Source: Syntrophales bacterium (GTDB lineage: Bacteria; Desulfobacterota; Syntrophia; Syntrophales; UBA2185). Taken from it: DNA of 64,000 nucleotides. Made by a program: the position numbers and the translations under genes. Numbering within the stretch: position 1 is the stretch's first letter; every line of letters starts with the position of its first letter. The DNA lies in contig JBKQQP010000006.1 of the NCBI GenBank assembly GCA_052144335.1, positions 21,778-85,777 of the forward strand. The letters are read 5' to 3'. Positions 28,868 through 37,543 of the stretch are shown piece after piece. The notes beneath the pieces are model-generated. The model saw only the letters and a list, made by a program, of their open reading frames with translations. It was not told where the DNA came from and did not search any database.

Positions 28868-29281
28868 TTATATTATCTTGAAAAATACAATTGTAATCAT
28901 TACAAGTAGAATTATTGAAAACCAGATTATTTCTCGTGTTTTTTTTTGCAGCTCAAAATTCAAAACGTGCTGTTTTAAAAACAATATCAGTAATTGCTCG
29001 CGAATGTCCTTACTCACAAAATCTCTGATTAGTTCTTCACTTTTAGCAAGATTTTGCATCGGATCACCATGGAGATATGGTAATTTTCCCATATATTCAT
29101 TAGACAATGATTGGATATCATTTTCATCAATATTAATTCTATATAAAAAATCGCTTAAGACAGTGAGTAATTTTCTGTATTCTTCCTTAAAAGATAGCCA
29201 ACTCGGTAAATCAGTGAAATCAGCCTGCTCTTTATCTTCTTTATATTTACCAAGATAGGTATCTTTAAATCTTTTGACCAT
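28868..29281 (-). CDS. Hypothetical protein with a C-terminal TM helix
   Basis: GGGAGG site before the ATG at 29281. 137 aa, acidic and helical, ending in IIWFSIILLVMITIVFFKII. Confidence 0.45.
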   Translation of the reverse strand: MVKRFKDTYLGKYKEDKEQADFTDLPSWLSFKEEYRKLLTVLSDFLYRINIDENDIQSLSNEYMGKLPYLHGDPMQNLAKSEELIRDFVSKDIREQLLILFLKQHVLNFELQKKTREIIWFSIILLVMITIVFFKII

Positions 29282-29519
29282 AGTCCATCCTCCCGTCATT
29301 ACAAAGCACAAAACCCCGCCTCTTTTAAGAAAGAGGGTTTTGGTAAATCAGTTCATGTTACCCTCAAATAAGTGAAGGGGTTTGTAACTCTATGTATGTG
29401 ACCACGATGAATTAATCAAAGCATTTGGACAACGAACTGTTTTATTATACATATTGTTGTCATTAGTCAACAGAATATCCCTCTCGATTCTGTTAAATTT
29501 CCTCCATAAGGAGGTGAAC

Positions 29520-29789
29520 TTGACAATCGAAGAGGCTTTTGGAGAAGTAATAAGAGAACTCAGAAAGGAATATAAAATCTCCCAAGAGAAACTTGCCGAG
29601 ATAAGCAATCTCGACCGGAGCTTCATTTCACTCCTGGAATGTGGTCATAAGCAACCTTCCTTGGTCACTATTTTTCAACTCGCAAAAGCGTTCGATCTTT
29701 CTCCTTCAAAAATCATGTCATTGGTTGAAAAAAAGACGAAGCATAGATGGAACAAGAAGAAAAATATGGAACGACACAAGGAGCGGTAG
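29520..29789 (+). CDS. XRE-family HTH transcriptional regulator
   Basis: AAGGAGG site 5 nt before the TTG at 29520. FGEVIRELRKEYKISQEKLAEISNLDRSFISLLECGHKQPSLVTIFQLAKAF is a classic Cro/C1 HTH. It is divergent from the 28868 gene. Confidence 0.75.
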   Translation: MTIEEAFGEVIRELRKEYKISQEKLAEISNLDRSFISLLECGHKQPSLVTIFQLAKAFDLSPSKIMSLVEKKTKHRWNKKKNMERHKER

Positions 29790-29893
29790 GGAGCCTAACC
29801 GAAAGATGGCAAATTACAGTTGTCGAGCACACCTACAACTAAATGTTTTTGAAAATTTGAGATGTTGAGAATTACGGATTGAAAGAGTGTAAC
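29785..29893 (-). repeat. Cassette-junction repeat, copy B
   Basis: GGTAGGGAGCCTAACCGAAAGATGGCAA (27/28 identical to copy A) ... CAGTTGT/ACAACT hairpin ... TTGAGAATTACGGATTGAAAGAGTGTAAC. It ends 1 nt from the methyltransferase stop. Confidence 0.7.
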
Positions 29894-29894
29894 G

Positions 29895-31463
29895 TCACGC
29901 TTGACCGGCGCGAGCCCGCCCGGGGCGAAGCGTACGTGTGCAGGCGATTGTTCGATATTCTTGTCTAGGCTCCATCAGTAGCGACAGCTGAAGCTCCGTC
30001 GCGTCGCCCGCTGACTGAGAATGAACAAAATATTTTAGTTCATCTAGCTTGCCAAGGCTACGAGCAAGCTCCACAAAAGAAATTCTGCGAAGCACATCGA
30101 TGGTGATTGGACGTTTTGAATCTGCAAAAACCAGCGACTTCAAGAACGCCTTTGCTTCTACCGAGGACAGCAGCTCAAAAAGAAGATCGGCCTCTTTCTT
30201 GGACTGACATGGGATGGAGTAGCAAGTGTCGTCGACCATGACCGGGCGCTTATCGCAAGGCGGAACTACCACGAAGGACATATTCTTGTAGAGCCCTGAA
30301 ATGGCGACCTTCCAAGGGGCAAACGAATAGGGACCGATTCCAAATACAGAGAATCTAGGACGGTCCCTGTAAATAGAACTCTTTCTTCCGTCCAAAATGT
30401 CTTTATGGCGCATTAAGTATTCCCAGGTTTTCGGGGCTCTCTGTTCTATCTCCGTAGTATCGTCGCCAGTGTGTCTCTGTGTAACCAATACAGCCCTCCG
30501 AATAACGATTCGCCCATTGCCGAGGTCGGAAGACTTCAAAAGAGGAAAGACATAGTCCTCCTCAATTTTGACTGCTTCACCAAATCCGTTGATCAGTATC
30601 TGGCCATTACGAGTTAATTCCATAACCTTGGCAGCATCGTGCTTAACGCCCGACCGCCAAGTATATGTCGTTGATCCGCCATCCAGTCTCTTATGCGCCT
30701 GGTAAACATCGATGTCACAAACCAAATCCCCAGCAACGAATCCGAATCGCGTAGACGCGGATGCTGTATCGAGATCAGAGTAAACCATCGCAACTCGTTC
30801 ATCTGTGCGCTTGCCTGTGGCGAAGAAGAGACAAGCATCGACAGCTACATTGAAATCCGCCTTGGCATCAATGTGAAACAATCTTGAACCCTCGCGCCCT
30901 CCGTCGGTCTTCCAGAAATGTCGCAAGACCTTTCTTGCCGTCATAGTCTTGCACAGCATGGCGATAGCTCCGTTTGATGGAATAGCTTCAATCAATTGGA
31001 TCAACATCCATTCCGCGATATCGAAATTCGATTTACCAGTACGAGCGTCGAAACCGCGCAGTCCCTGAAAGTTCGATTTATGGGGGAGATTCTTGCTTCC
31101 AAGTTGACCCAAGTCGGAGTTTGTCACCCATGGTGGATTACCTATAACGAGAATCCGGTTCTTCGAGGACTGTGCTACATTGCACCTCCAATCCTCGTTG
31201 AAGAAATCTCGGTGGAGAATCTGCACTCCGAACTGCCTCAAGCTTTTGCGAGCGAGATCAACGTATGCCTTGTTGATTTCGTAGCCTATATAGTCCGAGT
31301 TTTCTCCCCAACGTTCTGCCGAAGCTTTGAGGAAAGCCCCCAGCCCGACAGTGGGTTCGATCACGATTTCCGGAGTCCCGAAAAGTTCATTCACGAGCGA
31401 TACAACCCTCGTGGCCAAGCTTTCTGGGGTTTGGAAGTCTCCGTATTCCTTCTTAGGGCTCAT
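29895..31463 (-). CDS. N6-adenine DNA methyltransferase (gamma class, Eco57I/TaqI-like)
   Basis: Motif I VIEPTVGLGAF, motif IV IGNPPW and a large C-terminal target-recognition region. Confidence 0.8.
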   Translation of the reverse strand: MSPKKEYGDFQTPESLATRVVSLVNELFGTPEIVIEPTVGLGAFLKASAERWGENSDYIGYEINKAYVDLARKSLRQFGVQILHRDFFNEDWRCNVAQSSKNRILVIGNPPWVTNSDLGQLGSKNLPHKSNFQGLRGFDARTGKSNFDIAEWMLIQLIEAIPSNGAIAMLCKTMTARKVLRHFWKTDGGREGSRLFHIDAKADFNVAVDACLFFATGKRTDERVAMVYSDLDTASASTRFGFVAGDLVCDIDVYQAHKRLDGGSTTYTWRSGVKHDAAKVMELTRNGQILINGFGEAVKIEEDYVFPLLKSSDLGNGRIVIRRAVLVTQRHTGDDTTEIEQRAPKTWEYLMRHKDILDGRKSSIYRDRPRFSVFGIGPYSFAPWKVAISGLYKNMSFVVVPPCDKRPVMVDDTCYSIPCQSKKEADLLFELLSSVEAKAFLKSLVFADSKRPITIDVLRRISFVELARSLGKLDELKYFVHSQSAGDATELQLSLLMEPRQEYRTIACTRTLRPGRARAGQA

Positions 31464-31484
31464 AGGAATTTAAGTCCTGCATCA

Positions 31485-31979
31485 TCACCAATCTATACTA
31501 TCTGGATTTTTTATGAATCTTTTGGAAAAGCGTTCATGTTTTTTGTGCTCTTTCTTTCTGTATGTCTCGTATGCCGACAGAAATCCCTTATAAAATTCTC
31601 GTTTTGTCTGATCTCTGATAATCTTCAAAGGACCAATTTTCTGAATTACACCGTAGCCCTGAGCTTCTATTGACAAACAGTCCCAGCTGATTTGTTCAAT
31701 CGGAATCAGATCGGATTCATCCAATATTTTCAAGTCATCTCCCTCTTCCTCATAATCTACAAATATGAAGCTTAGTTCATTTCGATCCTCGAAGACCCAT
31801 TTATGCATCTTCTTAATAGAAATCATGTTGGGTGAGTAATTCTGTTTAGCGACGTTGTTGCTCTTCACGTTTACAGCATGATTATCAGCCAGCATAAAAT
31901 CGCCGACTGCTTTTCTGGTCGTTGTGCTTTTCCCATATTTGTCTGCCATCAAAATTTCGATTCTACTGTATGCATCCAT
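31485..31979 (-). CDS. Putative type II restriction endonuclease (assigned by position)
   Basis: 164-aa ORF 22 bp upstream of the methyltransferase on the same strand. It has a possible PD-(D/E)xK-like GDFML...AVNVKS. No confident family match. Confidence 0.4.
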   Translation of the reverse strand: MDAYSRIEILMADKYGKSTTTRKAVGDFMLADNHAVNVKSNNVAKQNYSPNMISIKKMHKWVFEDRNELSFIFVDYEEEGDDLKILDESDLIPIEQISWDCLSIEAQGYGVIQKIGPLKIIRDQTKREFYKGFLSAYETYRKKEHKKHERFSKRFIKNPDSIDW

Positions 31980-32416
31980 AGTCAGTTATTCCAGGTGTCT
32001 TGCTGTTTATCGAACAATTAATATACGAACTTCGCTTTTCCGATGATTTGGATATCACTTTAACACAGATCATTTACATTCAAAAGAAATATATGACATA
32101 ATTACAAGAGAGTACTTATTCACATCATTTCGGATATTATGGTAATAAAGACTAAAAAAGAACTTCGTGAAACGTGGGAAATTTGTCCAATACTAAAGTC
32201 TTGGGATCGTCGCTGATGTGATCATTACGCATAGAATTCTTGTATCCATGCAACATAGGACAGCCTATTAATTTCAGGAAGGAGTGTGTGTTTTTCTTTT
32301 AGACTAACCAAGTCCGGTTGATTAGCGGGTTAGGAATCGATTTCCATTGGGGCAGCATATGCAACTTCGAATTTGAAGCATGTTATTTCTTGGTGGGTAC
32401 TGGATTAAAGTCGTTC

Positions 32417-33133
32417 CTAAGCAATTGATAGCTTTATTGGCAGACTCTTTGGGTCATATATCTTTTGCTTGCCCCATATTGAGTCTAGATAGCTTTCGTC
32501 TGCAATGGCAATAGAAACCAATTTGAATAGGCTTGCAACTTTCGAGATAAGTTCTGACTCATCGACTGGTAGAGCTGAACCGTTGTTTGACAGAGTCGCT
32601 ATCCTTGTAATAAAAACCACAATAATTGTCGGCGTGTTCTTTAGTTCAAATGCATTGAATGTAACCAACCCCTCAGGTAACTTGAACATCATGTGATCTG
32701 CAAAGCTAAACCCATTGCTGCCATACTTTTCGCGAATGTCCTCTAGGGTAGTCTTTCCGAACGCTACGCCCTCAATGCCAGATTCTGTACTTGACTCTTT
32801 GTAATTCCAATCTACTTCGGCATATAAGATTCTGTCGTCTTTGCTGTCGTAGGTTACTGATATCTCATTTCCATTTTCGCACTGCCATTTCGTAATTTTC
32901 ATCGTACCAAAACCGTTGCGAGCTAGAGGCTTCAGGTTTAGCTTCTGCGCTGATTGGATACTTGTCCCAATCCTGATGCCGTTTAAGGCCTTATCCATGA
33001 CCTGCCAGTCTGTATTGCGCGCCGAGTTCAGTTTTGCAGCGACAACCTGCCATATGAATGCAATTATTGCAATGGCTGCACTTAATATTCCGGCTATCCA
33101 CGACCACTTTTCTAACGATGCAGGTATTTCCAT
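32417..33133 (-). CDS. Membrane-anchored hypothetical protein
   Basis: 238 aa. The N-terminal TM helix WSWIAGILSAAIAIIAFIWQVVAA is followed by a mixed alpha/beta domain without recognisable motifs. Confidence 0.45.
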   Translation of the reverse strand: MEIPASLEKWSWIAGILSAAIAIIAFIWQVVAAKLNSARNTDWQVMDKALNGIRIGTSIQSAQKLNLKPLARNGFGTMKITKWQCENGNEISVTYDSKDDRILYAEVDWNYKESSTESGIEGVAFGKTTLEDIREKYGSNGFSFADHMMFKLPEGLVTFNAFELKNTPTIIVVFITRIATLSNNGSALPVDESELISKVASLFKLVSIAIADESYLDSIWGKQKIYDPKSLPIKLSIA

Positions 33134-33212
33134 TTTGGCACTAATTTAACCAACGGCAGCTAAACTGAGGGGGCAGACGTTAGGAACTGGTCTCTCTGTG
33201 ATTTGTTGCAGC

Positions 33213-33977
33213 TCATTTAGTTATCACTTCTTTAAAAATGGCTCCCATCTCTTCGGAAGCACGAATTAATATCGGGGTAAGCCATGTAATACACGCTGAT
33301 GTGTAGCGTTCTTCTATTTCGCTGTGAATACCTCTACCTCGTTCCTGTTCGCCCATCCTATAAAAGCTCATCGGAAGTGTGTGAACATGAACAGACAAAA
33401 ACCCATACATCATTCTATATTCAGCTTCTTCCAAACCAATCCGTCGGACGATCTCGTCTTTGGGCATAACATACGCTTCCTTTCCCTTAAAGTAACGCTT
33501 CTGTTGTTTCTCATCGAGGGAAGAGAAAAACGCATTAGATGTTAGTCTAGTCCTTAACTCATCAGCCTCCACATCAAATTTTTTAAGATACTCTTCATCT
33601 TCTCCCATGGTCTCAAAGATTTTCTTTCGGGAGATACAATCGTGGAGGTTGAACAGATTCCATCTACAATCCCATTCATCGTGTGGAACATTTTCGACGC
33701 AAAGATAATAAAACGCCATATAAGACTCAAATATACTTCTAGTTAGAGTTGCTACCGAAGCATAATCCCAGTGATCAAAGAAGTGTTTTGACCATCTACT
33801 ATTTGGTAGTAGCATTAATAAACTGAAAGAGGATGTGCATATTCGTGTAAAAATCACTGATGCAAAAAAATGCATTCCTGTCGGCGAAGGAATTCCTTCA
33901 CATTTCTTGGAAACACCAGCACAACGAATAACAGCAGCATCAAATTTACCTAATTCATCTGAATAACTCATCAGCAA
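33213..33977 (-). CDS. Hypothetical all-helical protein with an R-x6-H motif (possible HEPN/DUF5677-like)
   Basis: 254 aa with RWNLFNLH at residues 105-112. The assignment is weak and motif-level only. Confidence 0.4.
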   Translation of the reverse strand: MLMSYSDELGKFDAAVIRCAGVSKKCEGIPSPTGMHFFASVIFTRICTSSFSLLMLLPNSRWSKHFFDHWDYASVATLTRSIFESYMAFYYLCVENVPHDEWDCRWNLFNLHDCISRKKIFETMGEDEEYLKKFDVEADELRTRLTSNAFFSSLDEKQQKRYFKGKEAYVMPKDEIVRRIGLEEAEYRMMYGFLSVHVHTLPMSFYRMGEQERGRGIHSEIEERYTSACITWLTPILIRASEEMGAIFKEVITK

Positions 33978-34004
33978 TTTTTCTTAACTGAGTACACAAG
34001 GGGT

Positions 34005-34112
34005 GGTAGGGTCCCCAACAAACAGGAAGGTGGCTTTTAAAAGTTATTGTCAGTAGGCTCAAACTCACCTGGCACGAATGCAGGCAGCACTCCATTGCAG
34101 TGTCCTGTTCGA
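34005..34112 (-). repeat. Cassette-junction repeat, diverged copy D
   Basis: GGTAGGGTCCCCAACAAACAGGAAGGTGGC aligns with the 5-prime box of copies A and B. The distal part (GGCACGAATGCAGG) is only loosely similar. It abuts the stop at 34113. Confidence 0.4.
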
Positions 34113-35366
34113 TTACATTTCTTCCAGGCGTTTGATTGCATCGTCAACCTCGCCGACATGAGACGCGATTGTGACTCGTCCTCGAAGAGAATTTAGTAGT
34201 TCGAGGCCTCTTGCCTTCGGTTTCGTTTGGTGAAGTTCATCTCGAACTCGTGCATTATTCCTGAACATGGAAGCTACGGTCCGAATCTGATCGGTGTTGA
34301 GTCGGTCTATGAACGCTTGTAAGTGCTCATGGGCTCCGGACCGCCCCCAATAGTTCCCGCACCGTACGGCAAGAATCTCTTGATAGACCTCCTCGAAGCA
34401 TATGGATGGTACACTTGGACCTAATTGTTCGAGCGTTGTGGCAGCGGTGACTTCGGAAGCCCACCCGTAGGAAGAGTCTTTCGCCTTAGCTAGTTGTTTT
34501 GCGGCGTGTCTATAAATCGCCGCACGAGCGGCATCTGGGATGTACTGAATGCCATTGACTTGGATAAGAAAATCCAGAAGACGGACTCGGCCACCTTTGT
34601 CTGAACTCTCGTCAGCATCTGGGTTTATGCTGAGTTGATGATACTTGATTCCAGCGGTCTTTCTGAGGTCTTCCGTCGCCCGCTCCCATACCAAAGGGAA
34701 GAGGTTCTTTGTATTCTGGAGCGCCGGTTCGTTGCCCATGCAGAGCATGTCCAACATAAATCCGAAGCAGATCCGCAAATCCTGCTGACGAAGACCTCGC
34801 ACTTGATCTCTGAGTAAGTCCTGTTGTTCCTTTGACAGTTTGGCTGTCTTGACCGGATCAAACAAGGAGGACACCGAGTGTCCTGGGTCAGGCAGGGGGG
34901 CCTCAAAGAGGTTCTTTTGCAGCAGCAGGACAAGGCCTAGAACATCCTCTCTCTCAACCTTGGAGTCAGTTCCATGCGCAGGAGAAGCATGGTTCCTCAT
35001 CCAGTTGATCATCTCCAGTGCCTTTCCTGCTTTTCTTTTCAGCAATCCCAAACTGGTGGCACCAGAAATCAACGTAAGATCGTCAACATCTTGCCACCGC
35101 TCATTCAGTGTATCGCCTGACAGATCGTATCGTTTTCGGCCGGGCTCATCTTTGACTACGGACAGAAACAAGTCAACGCCGTAGGCTTCGACTCTTCGCC
35201 GAAGGTTGTGTATCGACGCATTCCAAATATCGAGCAGTGCGTGGTCATAGAACGTTGCATCGAAAAGCTTGCGGGCTTGTTGTAGGAGCCCAGTTTCCTG
35301 ACTTACGAGTACGGGAAACATTTCTTTAGAAGGTGTTACAAGGATCGCTGGAAGTGTCTCTGTCAT
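34113..35366 (-). CDS. Hypothetical protein with an N-terminal Abi_C/HEPN-like region
   Basis: 417 aa with ...ALLDIWNASIHNLRRRVE... and LEMINWMRNHASPAHG (R124-x6-H131). This resembles the conserved RN....AHG of Abi_C/DUF4145-type HEPN domains. The C-terminal 250 aa are unassigned. Confidence 0.45.
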   Translation of the reverse strand: MTETLPAILVTPSKEMFPVLVSQETGLLQQARKLFDATFYDHALLDIWNASIHNLRRRVEAYGVDLFLSVVKDEPGRKRYDLSGDTLNERWQDVDDLTLISGATSLGLLKRKAGKALEMINWMRNHASPAHGTDSKVEREDVLGLVLLLQKNLFEAPLPDPGHSVSSLFDPVKTAKLSKEQQDLLRDQVRGLRQQDLRICFGFMLDMLCMGNEPALQNTKNLFPLVWERATEDLRKTAGIKYHQLSINPDADESSDKGGRVRLLDFLIQVNGIQYIPDAARAAIYRHAAKQLAKAKDSSYGWASEVTAATTLEQLGPSVPSICFEEVYQEILAVRCGNYWGRSGAHEHLQAFIDRLNTDQIRTVASMFRNNARVRDELHQTKPKARGLELLNSLRGRVTIASHVGEVDDAIKRLEEM

Positions 35367-35415
35367 ATTGCGATAGCTCCCGTTTTTGTTGGTATGGCAT
35401 ATCAGGTTAACGGCT

Positions 35416-37098
35416 TTATTTTAATGGTTTTATCTTCCACACCTCAATAGCCAATTGAGCCAAATAATTTTGCTGCTCCTCAATTGCGTTTTTGTTCCAC
35501 TCCTTAAATTTGGCAGCTTTTTGCGTAATCAAGAGGTCGGATTTTTCAAATATCTCGCGCTTTGTAATAAAAGAACTACTCCGGATTTTAGAGTTCATTT
35601 TCTGCTTCAATAAAATCATATTACCTAATCGCTTTGTATATGCTTTTCTTTCATCTTCATTGAACTGTGTCCAAGCACCTGAAGCTGGTCGTTCTGGTAA
35701 AATGTGTTCTAAAGTAACTTCAGCGGGGTCGGGGTTGGGTATTAGCTCAGGCTGTGGCTTAGCCATTGCCTGAAGTTCAAGCGCACGTAGATAGTATCTG
35801 CTGAGATTCGCCTTAGCTACACGAGCAGTCGCGAAACTGTCTCGAAATATTGCATCGTTCGGTATAAAGGACTCAGCGCGGGTTGCAATGGCTTCAATGC
35901 TTTTCAATTCCCCAGTTCTAATAGATTTCCCTAATTCACAATAATTGTTTTCCATTGCTCCACCACCAAGACCACCTACAATAAGAAGACGAACATTCCA
36001 ACTGATTAGAAGCCTTAGAATTTCCTCTATATCTTCCAATTTCCAATATGCCAGCACTGATAACAGCATAGGGCGGTACTGTTCGAGTCCCAAAAAAGCA
36101 AGCGTTCGAATGCGTTCACGCGTTATAAGAGAGGCTTCTGACCAAAACTCATGCTCAGGGGATAGTATTGCTGCATAAAGATAACTATTCTTATCCACCT
36201 CATTTGCAAAATCCATAACATTTGTGGAAGTTGTAACGCGAGACTTTATACTGCGATAGAGTTCCTTCTCTCTGACTAATCCATACTTAGAACTCCAGAA
36301 GTGCCTAAGAAAAACCGTAAAGAGATTTTCCCCTCCATACGCTTTTAAAGAAGCCATTGCGGTAGTCCAAAGAATTAGAACTGCTTGAAGGTCATCACCA
36401 GCACGACCTAATAAATAATTCTTCAAGAGATCAGCAATCGAAAGATCAAGACCACTGTCATTCATGGTTTCAAATATCAGGAATGCGTTTGCATCATCAG
36501 CAACTACAAAAAAGATTACATAAGTGGATTCACTCAGATACTTGGTTAGTTCCGCCAGCCAATTAACCGGATCTTTCATGCCATCCAGTTTATTGGAGAG
36601 CCACTTGGATATAGATTGACGTGCATTCCAAAGGCGCCTGTGCGATTCAGGAGCTCCACCCTCCGGCTCATCAGATCCTCCTATCAAAATAGATCGGAAA
36701 TACGGATCGTCAGTTTGGTTTAGCTTAAGTTGCGGTCGCTCCACGCCCTCTGTGATGTCGAATGTTGAAAGGTATTGGCTGCGTATGGCTTGGGCTCGTT
36801 TTTTATCTCTATCTTCGAACTGATCCGCAATCCCTGCAAGCAATAAGGATATGACTGCGAGGCGTTGTTGGCCGTCCAAAACTTTGGGGCGTTCACCATC
36901 CGGAACCGAAATCATTACCAGACTACCCAAGAAGTAATCTTCCTTATTTCTGCTAAAGGCATCGCCAATGTCGTCTATCAATTCTATGACCTCTTCAGTC
37001 CACTCGAACGATCTCTGGTGTACAGGAACCTCTAATCTTGTTGTGCTTAATACTGCTGCTATCCCCTTTATTTCGATTGAGGTGTTTGATTTTGCCAT
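35416..37098 (-). CDS. GmrSD-like DUF262/DUF1524 protein (type IV modification-dependent restriction family)
   Basis: N-terminal VPVHQRSFEWT and VLDGQQRL (DUF262/ParB-like). C-terminal TLEHILPE...RLGNMILLKQKMNS (DUF1524 His-Me finger). Confidence 0.8.
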   Translation of the reverse strand: MAKSNTSIEIKGIAAVLSTTRLEVPVHQRSFEWTEEVIELIDDIGDAFSRNKEDYFLGSLVMISVPDGERPKVLDGQQRLAVISLLLAGIADQFEDRDKKRAQAIRSQYLSTFDITEGVERPQLKLNQTDDPYFRSILIGGSDEPEGGAPESHRRLWNARQSISKWLSNKLDGMKDPVNWLAELTKYLSESTYVIFFVVADDANAFLIFETMNDSGLDLSIADLLKNYLLGRAGDDLQAVLILWTTAMASLKAYGGENLFTVFLRHFWSSKYGLVREKELYRSIKSRVTTSTNVMDFANEVDKNSYLYAAILSPEHEFWSEASLITRERIRTLAFLGLEQYRPMLLSVLAYWKLEDIEEILRLLISWNVRLLIVGGLGGGAMENNYCELGKSIRTGELKSIEAIATRAESFIPNDAIFRDSFATARVAKANLSRYYLRALELQAMAKPQPELIPNPDPAEVTLEHILPERPASGAWTQFNEDERKAYTKRLGNMILLKQKMNSKIRSSSFITKREIFEKSDLLITQKAAKFKEWNKNAIEEQQNYLAQLAIEVWKIKPLK

Positions 37099-37170
37099 TT
37101 CTCAACTCCCGTCGTGAATAATCAAAGTAGTAATGCCATAATCAAACATGGCAGCCCTCTCAGATAAGGG

Positions 37171-37326
37171 TTATTTCTTGGGGGGCTTTTCGTACTTTTT
37201 TAAAAGGTCTTGGATGGCTTCTTCTATAAGCATATTGATGGGCTTCTCAGAATGCACGCCTATCAATTTAAGACTCTTTAAAAGGTCTTTATCGATTCGA
37301 GTTGCAAACATTTTCTTTTCTTTCAT
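37171..37326 (-). CDS. Small ribbon-helix-helix (CopG/Arc-like) protein, absent from the ORF track (<60 aa)
   Basis: Own translation: MKEKKMFATRIDKDLLKSLKLIGVHSEKPINMLIEEAIQDLLKKYEKPPKK*. It shows the beta-strand then two helices pattern of RHH regulators. It lies 72 bp upstream of the GmrSD-like gene on the same strand. Confidence 0.45.
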   Translation of the reverse strand: MKEKKMFATRIDKDLLKSLKLIGVHSEKPINMLIEEAIQDLLKKYEKPPKK

Positions 37327-37543
37327 GGGCTTCTTATAACACAAATGAACAGTTTGACAAATAGAATTAGAATATGTTAGATATCAAACATGCTAACATT
37401 TGAATCTCCAAAACCATAGACACATGAAAATTAAACAAAAAAATGAGCCTGAAGATACCTCATGCGGCGACGTATGGGGCGGTTAGCCTATGACCGGGAG
37501 ACATCTTCAGGTTTTATTTTACAAGAAAGTGAGGGATTAAAAA

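Noticed and set aside
27819-29893. Interpreting the cassette-junction repeats as integron attC sites (GCCTAAC / GTTAGGC core is present)
   Set aside because: Only one end carries a core-like heptamer, and I could not find the paired inverse-core symmetry (R-doubleprime/L-doubleprime with L-prime/R-prime). There is no IntI-type integrase or attI, and the island integrase is an ordinary tRNA-targeting type. The repeats are kept as an unexplained family rather than called attC.
34069-34084. TGGCACGAATGCAGG as a sigma-54 promoter
   Set aside because: The spacing between the GG and GC elements does not fit TGGCAC-N5-TTGC. The sequence also lies at the 3-prime end of a gene inside repeat copy D.
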